Shown: positions 1 through 11,074 of the stretch, piece by piece | Layout of the letters: the number at the start of each line of letters is the position of its first letter | How positions within the stretch are numbered: the first letter of the stretch is position 1 | Source: Nemertoderma westbladi | Taxonomy: Eukaryota; Animalia; Xenacoelomorpha | Direction of reading: 5' to 3' | Length of the DNA: 44,934 bases | Assembly (NCBI GenBank): GCA_032718475.1 | Contig: JAUCBJ010003425.1 | Location: 1 to 44,934 of the forward strand | Program-made: the position numbers and the translations under genes | Notes under the pieces: model-generated | The model's database searches: none | Seen by the model: the letters and a program-made list of their open reading frames with translations, nothing else | Told to the model about the DNA's origin: nothing

Positions 1-32
1 AGTACGCAGTACTGTCATTACTTACAGACTGA

Positions 33-146
33 ATTAATTCAAATCGTTACCGGTACTATGCACTGCATACATTAGTGTAGTGTATTCTCACTGCACTACT
101 GTCCAGCTGATTCTGATTGGTTGATTATAATGGTAGAAATTCCTTC
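33..146 (+). repeat. 114-bp direct repeat, copy 1 (copy 2 at 1886-1999)
   Basis: ATTAATTCAAATCGTTACCGG...GGTAGAAATTCCTTC occurs twice at offset 1853 with about 2 mismatches. Confidence 0.95.
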
Positions 147-1591
147 TAATTGTAAATCAAAGCCTGAAATTGAACCGCTACTAGAACTATTAATAAATTG
201 TAAAAGTTGCTCATGGTCTTCTCCTGACAGTGGTGAATTAATGTCATCTACATCTATAAGAGTTTCATGTTCTTCGGCTACTGGTCCCTCCCAGTCGATC
301 CCATAAGATTCGAAAGTGTTATTAGGTACTTCATCAACTTCCTGAGTCAAGAGGCTGTTAAGAAATATTTTTTTGGGAGACCAATATCTTTCTGTGCGTA
401 ATCCGTGTAAGTTCCAAGCCGCTTGAAATTGTTGCAGTGAGCTATTAATACGATTTATGTAGCATATCTGTAGGGCAAAAAGGTCTACTTCATTAGTCAC
501 ATCCAAATGACTATTTTCTTCTATCCAGTAGAAAATTTGATAGTAGAATATGACAACTGTGCGGAATACGTCCCTCCAAAGCCTTTCAATTCTTTGATTA
601 TGAGTGCTTTTTCCAGCTATAAAACATCCTCTATTACAGCCCCTGGCGTTTATCATAAATTCAGCAACTTGACGGTTTTCACTGCCTTTATCAGCGCGAA
701 CTCTAGAGGGCAAGCCAAACGATTGTACTGCTGCAGAAAATTGTTCCATTACCGTAGTCGCTCTGTTGTTTGTGGACGCCTTTAAATACGTTATTAGACG
801 GGAATAACCATCGATGGCACCATGGATGACAATGCTCCACCTAATTAAGCTATGGTGGCCATCGATGTGCCAAAGTGAATTAGCTCCTTTAACTGAGTAC
901 TTTCGTCGAGAAACCATAGCACCCCATCTGGCGAAAGAAGTTATACAGTAGGGTCAATGTCTCTTAATATTTTGTGAACTCTCGTAAGGCTAACAATTAT
1001 GTTTCTAGACCGTAACATAGCATTAAGCATTCGACATCCTGCATGCGGGAATTCGCTATGCAGTCTAGCAATTTCGGATGTTAAATCGCCATCAGTAACA
1101 TCAGATAAAACTCGTTGCAGACCATATTCCCGGACCCTTACCATGACCGCAGAGCGACTAACTCCAAGCATCACAGAAATTTGCTGCCAGGTGAACCCAG
1201 ATTCTTTAAGAAAACTCAAAACATCACAAGAAAGGTCAAACTTTGGACGTCCTACTCGAGGAACAGAATTAGTATTTGTATCTGGCCTGCCGCCGCCACT
1301 AATATCTGCACACCTAGTGCAACATGGACTTGGTTCTCCGCTGCAACTCATGAGTTCATTGACTAATCGCTGAAGCAAATTCTGAAAGGCTTTCCCTTCG
1401 GTGTTATTTGGTGAGTTTATATCGTTAACCAGTGATAAACAACATATTGCAGTGTCTAATTGACCCAGTAACTTGTCTCTATTTAAAATAGAGCTTGGTT
1501 GGGAAGTACAATCAAAGCCTCTAACAGTCTCAATATAATTTATTGACTTGTCAACAACAGCCAAAATGTCCCTCAAAAATTCCTCTTCCAT
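96..1591 (-). pseudogene. DDE integrase-core (rve) transposase, IS3EU-like, split by one frameshift at ~940
   Basis: ORF 941-1591 has an HTH-like segment (GFTWQQISVMLGVSRS) and HAGCRML. ORF 96-917 has LWHIDGHH, GAIDGYSR, RVRADKGSEN and STHNQRIERLWRDV. A 1-nt shift joins DPT to ITSFARWGAMVSRRKYSV. Confidence 0.85.
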
Positions 1592-1885
1592 CCTCTTTTA
1601 TACCAGTACCCAGATACTACTTATACTGCCTTACTGCATACTGTTATAGGCCTAGTTAGTAGGCCTGAGGCACTTAATTGTAAGGCAACGACTGCTCTAC
1701 TATAGGTCTGGTAGGGTTATTATAAACACAAGTCACAAACGGCGCAACAATGGTACCTAATACTAATGAATGACCTAATAACAAATCCAATAAACCCAGT
1801 AGGCCTAACCCAAATACAAAACAATGAAGAATTCACTGACATGGGCTTAGCAGTACTGGTTAGCATAGTCCTTTGTATTCGGGTG

Positions 1886-1999
1886 ATTAATTCAAATCGT
1901 TACCGGTACTATGCACTGCATACATTAGTGTAGTGTATTCTCACTGCACTACTGTGCAGCTGATTCTGATTGGTTGATTATAACGGTAGAAATTCCTTC
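1886..1999 (+). repeat. 114-bp direct repeat, copy 2
   Basis: Near-identical to 33-146. Confidence 0.95.
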
Positions 2000-2000
2000 G

Positions 2001-2300
2001 ACCAATGAATCAAGACCAAGTAAATGGGAATCAAGACCGATATAAATAATTCAAGAGCGCCGTAAATAAATCAAGTGCGACAATAATAATTCAAGAGCGA
2101 CAATAATAATTCAAGAGCGGCAATAATAATTCAAGGGCGGCAATAATAATTCAAGGGCGAGATAATTAAATCAAGTGCGGCATAAATATATTCAAAATCG
2201 ACATTAATAAATCAAGACCGACATATAAATAAATCAAGAGGGACATAAATAAGTTCAAGACCGATGTAAATAAATTCAAGACCGACATAATTAATCAAGA
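2001..2300. repeat. Degenerate ~20-21-bp tandem array (AATAATAATTCAAGAGCGRC), likely subterminal transposase-binding repeats
   Basis: TCAAG core recurs every 20-22 nt, about 14 times. Confidence 0.85.
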
Positions 2301-2870
2301 ATAAAAATACCATATGTATGCCATAGATAAGAGCCTATAGTTTCATTTATCATACAAGTTTGAAATCTAGGTAAAATAATTAGCTGTAGCCTGTAGGCCT
2401 GCCTATAAAAGTAAATTTGATTTTTTAAAATTCAGATCTTCCTACCGGTAGCGGTAGGAGCTGGCTAGACATATTTTTTTAGCCGTTTATTATAATTAAT
2501 ATTATTGTTTTTTTATTGTTTTTAAGCAATGATGGAATATTTAAACATCTGAATTTTATAGTTTGTTTATTTAATTGCACCTACCGTGGTACCGTACGGT
2601 ACAATAATATTTTAATATTACCGGTACCGGTACCGATACTCTCAACAATGCGCTTTCGGTGAATTGTGTTCACGTTACCAGCTTACCACGCACTTTCGGT
2701 GTAATACAGTAGTAATGTAATAGTAAATGCAATACATGTCAGCACAGGATCTACCTACCCACCGGTAGGCATTATACCGGTGTAGCTTATAATTATATAT
2801 ACTGTATATTATTTATTATATTGTTAAAGCACAGTGAACGGTGGTATTTCTGTGGTACGTTTGAACGACA

Positions 2871-3224
2871 CTAGCCAAACAAGCTTGAAATCAGATAATT
2901 AATGGTATAGCAGTATGTTTGAAAAGAGCAAGGTGATTCGAGAAAGGTTGGTCGCGATTTAAATGTCTCAAACCACGTTCCAGAACGTGCAGTTTGTTTG
3001 TGCTTATTAGCACCGGCACATCGCCAAACAAGCTTCATGAATCCCCTGTCCTTCACCAGCGTAATTTTAGATTGTGCAGTACAACCCGGAAAAGGACAAA
3101 GATGTCGGGTTGGTTGTCCATTTGGTTGTAGAGTATGGTGGAGAAGCTCCTAGCTTTGCGAAAACTCAATAGCGCGCTCCTTGGTCTCGATCAGTTTACC
3201 AATCTCAATAAAATATTTATTCAT
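2871..3224 (-). pseudogene. Merlin/IS1595-like transposase N-terminal fragment
   Basis: One frame with an internal TAG at 3150: MNKYF..ERAIEFSQS*ELL..CPFPGC..MKLVWRCAGANKHKQTARSGTWFE. Resembles the zinc ribbon plus 'R.GTWFE' segment of Merlin transposases. Confidence 0.6.
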
Positions 3225-5147
3225 CCATGACAGTGACAGTAACAGTAGGCCCAATACAGGAATAGTACTGTAGTGTTCTCTAGTATAATATATAATACTA
3301 ATAGCATAAGACAATATCGTCATTGTCCACAAGATGGCGCACAATACTGCTATACCGGTACCAATTTTTATCAGTTTCTATCTGATTTCAGGATTATTTG
3401 GCTAGTGTGTGAAACACGAAACACTTGAGGCAATCCGATTGTATCCGTTGGTATCAACGACGAACCGATTGATGTTTTAGTTGAAGACGAAGAAGAAGAT
3501 GGATCACTCTCTATGGATCACTCCATATTTGAGGATATTGTTGTCGATGTTTGTGAGGATGATTCTGACAAGGAATCCTTGGCCTGTACCAACTCGGATC
3601 TGGTACTCCCTTATTACAGAAAGAACACGACGGATTCGCCGCCAGGTCCGTATGACGCCGGTAATAAATGTGGTGGCGTGGATATTCTCTTTATAAAACT
3701 GTGGAGAATCACCACGGTGATTGAAAACAGCCATATTAATTAAATAATTATTATAGTTTTTTTTTTATATTTCCCGAAGGAATATTATTTATCTCACATA
3801 AAATTTCCCCGATGCAGAATCGCGCTACTTTTGAACAACACCAGTAAAATACCTGAAATATTTATGGAGGGAGAATTATTGGGTAAAAACTCCAGTACTG
3901 GCAAATCACAGTTAGTAATGAATCTTCTTAAAGTTTTTTCCCGCTATATATTGTGGACAAAATGTAATACAAAATAGTTAAAATAGTTATCTACAAAAAT
4001 ACGTAAAGTATTCCGATTTATTCACATTATTTTGCCAAATCTGTAGGCCTAATTACCTCAGCATTTATTAATTAATTTAACATAATTAATTAGTAAACTC
4101 CCCATTCCACAATCTCTGCCATATCGTTTGCTGCTATTATTTGCCGTTATGTTTAATTGATATTCTTTAATATTCCAAAAAATTAATTTACATCCCCCAA
4201 TTTAAATATCTCGCATCCCTAAAATAATTATATTACTCAAACCGACACCCAAAATTTAATTATTATTTTCCAAGTTTTAATTCACTTTTAACCAAAAACG
4301 ATAATTACCGCCCCAAATGATGTTTCTTCCAATATTTTATGGGAACTTTGTTGATTCATCATTAATTAACCGAACAAGTGTTTATCCTTATAAATGTGTA
4401 TTAATTTGTATATTGTAGTTAGTAATCGACACTGACTGTAGTAACCTGACGCTGTTGACACAGTAAGCTGCTCATTTTATAAATTTTTATTGATATTGTT
4501 TAATATTTTTGTTAGAAAGTACAACCTACAGTATATAAACTGTTCCTTTCCCTCAATTGGTCATTTCTAAATGATTTTTCTCGATGTGAATTTAATTTGT
4601 AGAAATATGTATTTATTTTGGGGGAGTATATATTTATTTTGGGGGGGATGAATATGGTTATTTTAAATGTTCATATCTTTTGTTTGCGTGAACGAAATTC
4701 GACAATTTCGGGCTTGTTTTGTACAGTAGCTCTTGTTAAACCCCACAACATACTTTATTTATAACAGTTGACAATAACTATTATTCGTATTTTCATTTGT
4801 ATTTTTACTGTTTAGGTAGATCTTGGGCGCAACTTTAAACGTATACGATTTTAGTACGCAGCTCCAGAGATACCCAAGGCAGACATGTTTTAGTTTTATA
4901 TGTTTTGAAGAGACAATATGTGAGACAATATGAAAATTAGGTTCAGGACATAAGGATAAACACTAATCAAATACATATTATTATTTCGTCACTAGAAACA
5001 TGGGGTTTGAAAATGTCTCAAAAAATATTACCGAACTTTGAAGGTTCACTATTATTACTGGTAAATTAGGACTAGTGGCACAATTACGAGCCCATTTTGA
5101 ATATAATTTTATATGAATGGGAGAATCTTTTAGGCTCGTTAAGCCAA

Positions 5148-5458
5148 GGAATGTCTGTTCACCACCATGGGTGATCTTCCATAGTAAACCCTTACACTCT
5201 GTTTCCTAACGGAATGCCTGTTCACCACCATGGGTGATCTTCGACAGTAAACCCTTCCACTCTGTTTCCTAACGGAATGCCTGTTCACCACCATGGGTGA
5301 TCTTCGACAGTAAACCCTTACACTCTGTTTCCTAACGGAATGCCTGTTCACCACCATGGGTGATCTTCGACAGTAAACCCTTCCACTCTGTTTCCTAACG
5401 GAATGCCTGTTCACCACCATGGGTGATCTTCGACAGTAAACCCTTCCACTCTGTTTCC
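5148..5458. repeat. 63-bp tandem repeat, ~5 copies
   Basis: GGAATG(C/T)CTGTTCACCACCATGGG starts at 5148, 5211, 5274, 5337 and 5400. Confidence 0.97.
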
Positions 5459-5623
5459 CAAGTTGCCTTGGTTCACAATCGACCACTGAAGGATGAAAGC
5501 CGGGGTTGGGCTAGGCTGCAGCATTTAAAGCACTGTGCCCAAACAGTGCTGCCCCATCTGGGGATCGAACCCGGGCTCCCTAATCGGAAGCACAGTAATG
5601 TCACCATTAGACCAAGCTGCTGC
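5148..5623 (-). mobile_element. tRNA-derived SINE with tandemly amplified 3' part
   Basis: Minus strand has A box TGGTCTAATGG and B box GGTTCGATCCC, then GGCTTTCATCCTTCAGTGGTCGAT (resembles a conserved SINE central domain), then 63-bp repeats. Absent from the paralogous block. Confidence 0.75.
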
Positions 5624-7517
5624 TTTTCACATCAATTTGTTATATAGAAAGCATATAATTTTATATGCTTTCTACTGTATATAACAAATTGATGTGACCA
5701 TATCATCTCCTATGGCGAAGCTGTTGCCGAGAATGTAACACCAACTCCGAAAAAAACATATGAATGTAGATCGTGAACTCATTTTTCGAGTGGCAATAAA
5801 ATTGACTATTATTTAGCAAAAACTATGAAAATTGTGTTATTTCAAAATTTTCCACTCAATATAATGAAATTTATAAATCTTGTAAGTTGTAACTTCAATT
5901 ATAATGGTGGAGATATAAATAAATTGCGCCTGTTCCTTCTGAAGGGAACTTTTTAATTTGAAAATTTACTTTGACAATCGACCTTGGATTTGGGCAACCA
6001 ACCAACCACCCCCCCCCCCCCCCCCCCCAATTTGAAAAGCAGGATTAATTTAATATGACATTTAAAAATATTAAAATTTTAAATTTAAATAAAAAAAAAA
6101 AGGCTACGGATATCGAGTCGATGCACAATATTCACTACCCCCCCCCCCCCCCCCCCCCCTCCCTCCCTCCACGTGTTCCAATGCATTTGCTGAGTAATGA
6201 AATATCCGGCGTTTTTTTTTTGTCACTATACCTTGAACATTTTATTTATTTTATTGAGTTCAATTTTAGATAAATCGGTTAAAATTATTTCCACATCCAG
6301 TGCCATTGAGTAATTTTGGCTGAAATTGAGCTGGGGCCATTTTATACACAAAAAGGCCCTTTCGATCTAAAAGGCCACCAAATCATTTTTAACCAAAATT
6401 ATCCGACAGCCTTAGATCCGGTAAATGGTTTTAGAGTTGAACTTCAAATACAGATAATAGCATCTTTTTTTGTTCGACAATAACTTTGTCGAAATTTAAT
6501 ATATTTTCACGATATTTTTTATCATTCCTAAGATATATATACCCAATAAAAGAACCTTTTAGCAACTTTATTCATATCTTTACCTTGGGAGCTTTTCTGA
6601 TGAAATTATTAGCCTTATACAATTGGAAAAATGCTTGTAAGATTTGAAATCTCCATTGAATTTAGCACAGGAATTAATCTGTCGATACCGATCAATTATC
6701 AAAAAATTCCAACCCCAGAGCATCTGTGAATTCAGGCATACCAAATCTACAAAACTTATTAAAACTGTAACTTCAATTCGTTAATGAACATTATGATACG
6801 CGATCGTTGTCGGCTACTGCGATGTGTGACTCAATGTCAGTTTTGCGGGCATTATTAATGGGAACGCATTCCAGATAGACTGTTTAAAGGTTTTAAATTA
6901 CCTCCAAGGCCCTCAAACAGCGCTCTGAATGTGAAAAAGGCTGTAAAAATGTCCATATACCTCAAACACTTCTAAAACGTTCTGTAAAATCAAAATCACT
7001 ACAAAAAGTACTCCAATTGGATTCGGCTTATATTTTATTTATAAATCAATTGTTGTACTGTACTGTATATAGTATATAGGCCTACCCAATTTTATTTGGT
7101 TCTAGACTCTCACACTAGAATGTAGACACTGAATTACTGCAGTAAGCAACTGTGAAACATAACTTGACTTTTGAGGTTTTGTAGACTTTGAGCCAATTAG
7201 AATTAGCATACTAATCGATAGTATATCCAAAGTCTACATAAAAACGCAGACTTTGGAATTTGATATCACGTTATACTGTACTTGAAAATTTGTAGATTTT
7301 GAGCGCAAATTTTAGTTTTAGCTCAATAACTTTCCACAACCTGAATTACACAACTTGAATTTTATTATCAGTTTCATTTTCAGCACGGAAAAAGCTATCG
7401 AACGATATAAGATACTTGCCTATTATATCAACTTGAAATTTTGCAAAAGTTGCGCTTTTTGCAGCTTATAAGCTTATTAAGCTTATTAAATTATTATATA
7501 TTAATTATTATATAAGC

Positions 7518-9457
7518 TTATTTGCAGCCTCTACGTCCCTCTCTAGTCGACGCACTATCTCTACTGAGGCTGGGTCTATTCACCCCCGCCTCCCCCTCTA
7601 TCACTGCATGGCCTGGCAGGCTCCCGTCGGGTCGACTCACCCCCGCTACTCCCTGTGTATTAACTACGTGGCCTTCCAGGCTCCCGTCGGGGTCTCTCAC
7701 CCCCGCTACCCCCTGCGTACTGATTATGTGGCCTGGCAGGCCCTCGTTGGCCGGGCCACCTACATCTGCCGCGTTCATATTAATAGCACCATTATCAATA
7801 TTATTTTCTAAATTATTTAAATTATTAGAGTTATTCTGTACTGAATTCAGGTTATTATTTAAATTATTTCGTATATTTGGGTTAGAGTTGGGGTTATTTT
7901 GTTCGTTTGAATTAAAATTATTATTTAGATTATTTTGCGTATTTAAATTTAAATTATTTGAATTATTTTGTATATTCGAATCTAGATTATTTGAATTATT
8001 TTCTACATTTGAATTAGGATCGTTCGGATTTAAATTATTGTTACCGGGCAAAATATTATTTCCTGCAATGAAAGTTTGATTAGGGTTGTCTACTACGGTA
8101 CTATTAATATTAACGACTTCTAACGTATTGTTATTACCCCCCCCCCCCCCCGCCCGTACGGTTACACCAGTCTTGGGTCTGTCGTCCGGTCCCTGTAAGT
8201 GGGGTATTAACAAACGTTTCCATAACCTCTGGCTCCTCGTAAATACTACCCGAGCCAGCCTCACTCTCTGATAGTCCCAACTGCGCCAGTTCTAGTCGGC
8301 GCTTCTGTTTGGCCTGATATTGCAGAAGCCCCCTCAACCTGGCATGCATATCATCCCGCATGCGCTTTCCCGCTCTCTCTCTCTCTCTATCCTCTCGCAA
8401 ACTCTGGTTCACTAACTCTGTTTCTCTCGCCACCCGCTCTCTACGCTCGTTCTCTACTTTCTCTTCCCCTCGGTTCCCTCTCTTTGCGCTCCTCTTTCTC
8501 CCTCTCTTCTTGCTCTCTATAGTTCCTGGCCACCCTCTCGGCTCTCTCCCTACACTCCCTCGCTAACTCTCTCTCTTTCTCTAGCAACGCAGTTCCCTCA
8601 TCCAACTGCCTCTCTAATTCTTTCTGGTCTAGCGCCACCATATATAATTGACACGCCAGATCTATCTCTAACACCCTTCTTGCTTTTGCGGAGGATGTAG
8701 CGGACATATCGGTCGCGACGGACTCCCGTCGCCTCTCTGTCCTACTAATTTTTCCCCGCTTTCTGGGGTTCTTGCTAACCGACGAGACCGAATCCTTGGG
8801 GTTAACCTCGGGTTCGCCCTCGTGCGGGTCTGCCCAACCCACTAACTTAATTCCCCTAGCATCCACTAAATATGGCCCTACGTACACTACTTGGGGCTCC
8901 ATAATCCCGGACCGCCACAGTTCGAATAGTTCGGTGGCAACCCCCCTCGCTCTCTCACTCGCCAGTTCTCCCTGCCCGAAACGAACTAGGTATCTGAAAT
9001 GTTTATTCGACTCACCTAGCCGCTGGCTCAACTTCCCCTGGTTTACCTTTGCTCCCTCTCTGGCCTCCTTGAGCTGTTTCTTCGTGGCGTTGTAGGCCCA
9101 TCGAAGCCGATCGCTGGTCCCGACGTCCTCTTCGCCGACATCTCATCCTTCTCTCCTGGTTCGGCGTCGTACCGGCAGCCCCACCGTCGCTGTTCTGGTG
9201 GGCCGTCCGTCGCCCTCGGCCTGTGGCTGGCCGGCGACTTCGGTACTTCGACCGCCGTCGGGTGTTGACTCATCCCCTCCTCCTGGTAGACGGCCGCCCT
9301 CCGCTTGGGCTGCCGGATCGTCTCTCGCCGGCGAATCCGGCGTCGCGGGTCGATACCGTCGCATCGCGGCCTTGCGGATCGTTAGGTTGGTGTCGTCCGG
9401 GGTCCGCGGCGGTGTCCTCTCTCCCTCTAAATCTCGGGGCTCCTTTCCTGGACTCAT
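7518..9457 (-). pseudogene. N-terminal part of A1 gag-region ORF (coiled-coil, Asn-rich, 20-aa repeats), frameshifted
   Basis: ORFs 9143-9457, 8441-9031, 8134-8433 and 7518-8264 correspond to A2 ORFs lying upstream of its BEL gag domain. Confidence 0.7.
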
Positions 9458-9539
9458 TTTTACTGGCAGTCACAGTTGTGGTTGTTGGGGGTTCTTTACT
9501 CTGCAGTCACAGTTTATAGTGATACCTGGTATTTCGCAC

Positions 9540-9867
9540 TGTGACGGGATCAGGGGATCCCGACCGGTTTATTAAGTTACGCGTCACCGCATTGTTGAGA
9601 AAGATGGTAGTTTGTTGTCGCTTTGATATTCGTAACGGATATATATAAATGGATAATAGATAGATAATAGCACAGTTTGCAGTTGAAGCTCAATTGCAGA
9701 ATAATACCGGTAGGTGTGTGTAATATGTAATGACGGTGACGGTGCGAAATGTCACCGGTCTGCACTGAACTGAGTGACTGAGTAAACTGATTTACTGACC
9801 GGTAATTAACTGATAACATATGTATTAATTCCTACTTTACTTTGGCCTTTGTCTAGTGGATACTTTT
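9540..9867 (-). repeat. A1 5' LTR, left segment (R/U5 side)
   Basis: Starts TGTGACGGGATC like the A2 LTRs; ends at the CTTTT TSD of element B. Confidence 0.9.
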
Positions 9868-10996
9868 TGTTCGCGCTTTCAGACCTTTAGCAGTTTAACC
9901 TGCCAAATTTAGGTGTCTTCTAGATTATAAATCGACTTTAGCCTATGACGAGTATTTGATACACTACATTAGCCGAAGCCAGCCTATGCGCGACCTTTCA
10001 CCCGCTGGATATACCCGGGAGACTGGATTTGGAAGCTCTGACCTTATTGCGATGTAGGCCTACTGTATTATTCGATTGATCGTTAATATATAATCTCTGA
10101 CCAATATTATTCACTTTCGGGAAATATTAACAGTTCCTTTAGGACGTGGCGCTCTAAGTATGTAAACAGAGTTATGACTTACACTAAACACAACGGGATG
10201 GCTATTGATTCACGTATAAAGTGCATTCTTTAGGAGATGCTTTGTTATCTGTCACAATCATGCACACTACCGCACAATGCTGCACACCGATCTGCCGACC
10301 TTCACTAATTTTAGTCACATATAAAGAGAACAGCAACTGACACATGTAGTGCCTATGAAATAGCATTAGATTCACTCCAAAACCAATATAATGTAAGTCG
10401 CAATTGCTATATGTAACCGGTCTCTTACCTTCAGTATATCAAGAAGATTGGGGTTTTATGATTATTTATCGATATTATCCAAATATAACAATATTCCATC
10501 AACCGATATAATTAATAACCGACAGTAAATAGCAGTAAAATAATGCGGTGTTTGTATGAGATATGACCATATGACAAGTGTGATAACAGTTATACGTTTC
10601 TATGATCAAAGCTTGTCTAATGTTTGGCTAAAGTCTGAAACACAGAATAATTCCACAGCCGGTGTTCTAGGCTTAGGGAAAATACACACTGACTGAATTG
10701 CGTGAGTTTCTGTATACAATCTCCAACACAGAGTGAAAACCGCTCTGATTGGTCGACCGAACAAAGAACGAATAAAGAACAAAGAAAAAGTTACACGTGG
10801 ACACAGCTGATAGATGTCGTCATCTGAGTTCCGATGTTTAGAGTATTTGAGCTTATTGCGGAGAAAAATGGCTTTTTATGTCCGCTAAAGCACACATGCA
10901 GACATAGCGGGCAAAATCGCTTGTTATGTCCGCTAAAATACCTACTCGGTATATTGCGGAGAAAAATAGCTTGTTACATCCGAAAAAGCTTTTACA
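9868..10996 (-). repeat. Element B 3' LTR
   Basis: About 13 substitutions (by eye) relative to 23750-24878. Confidence 0.97.
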
Positions 10997-11074
10997 CCGC
11001 TCCCAGAAAATGGGATTTGAGTCTATAAAATATACAAAATCACAGTTTCTAAAATATAAAAATACTCTAAACAG

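Larger units (their letters stand above)
1..2325 (-). mobile_element. IS3EU-like DNA transposon, one end (continues beyond window start)
   Basis: Contains an rve-type DDE transposase gene, a subterminal array of ~20-bp repeats, and ends in CCATA at 2321-2325 (TATGG on minus), matching the TAY terminus I recall for IS3EU. Confidence 0.55.
3517..7382 (+). repeat. Duplicated block X (paralog of 25141-29114)
   Basis: 3517-~4748 matches 25141-~26482 and ~5802-7382 matches ~26818-29114 at high identity; the middle segments differ. Confidence 0.95.

Noticed and set aside
96-1591. Bacterial IS3 with a programmed -1 frameshift
   Set aside because: No slippery heptamer at the junction; motifs and context fit a eukaryotic element with a 1-nt lesion.
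2001-2300. CRISPR-like array (also considered for 5148-5458 and 32379-32853)
   Set aside because: These are head-to-tail tandem units without unique spacers; no cas genes, and the context is eukaryotic.
3481-3743. Short acidic ORF as a gene
   Set aside because: Frameshifted in the paralogous copy and has no recognisable domain.
5550-5623. tRNA gene
   Set aside because: A and B boxes are present, but the cloverleaf is poor and the sequence continues into SINE-like body sequence.
10834-11028. Small ORFs in LTRs (also 24716-24988, 35670-36276, 42927-43563)
   Set aside because: They recur only because LTRs are duplicated, and they show no protein motifs.
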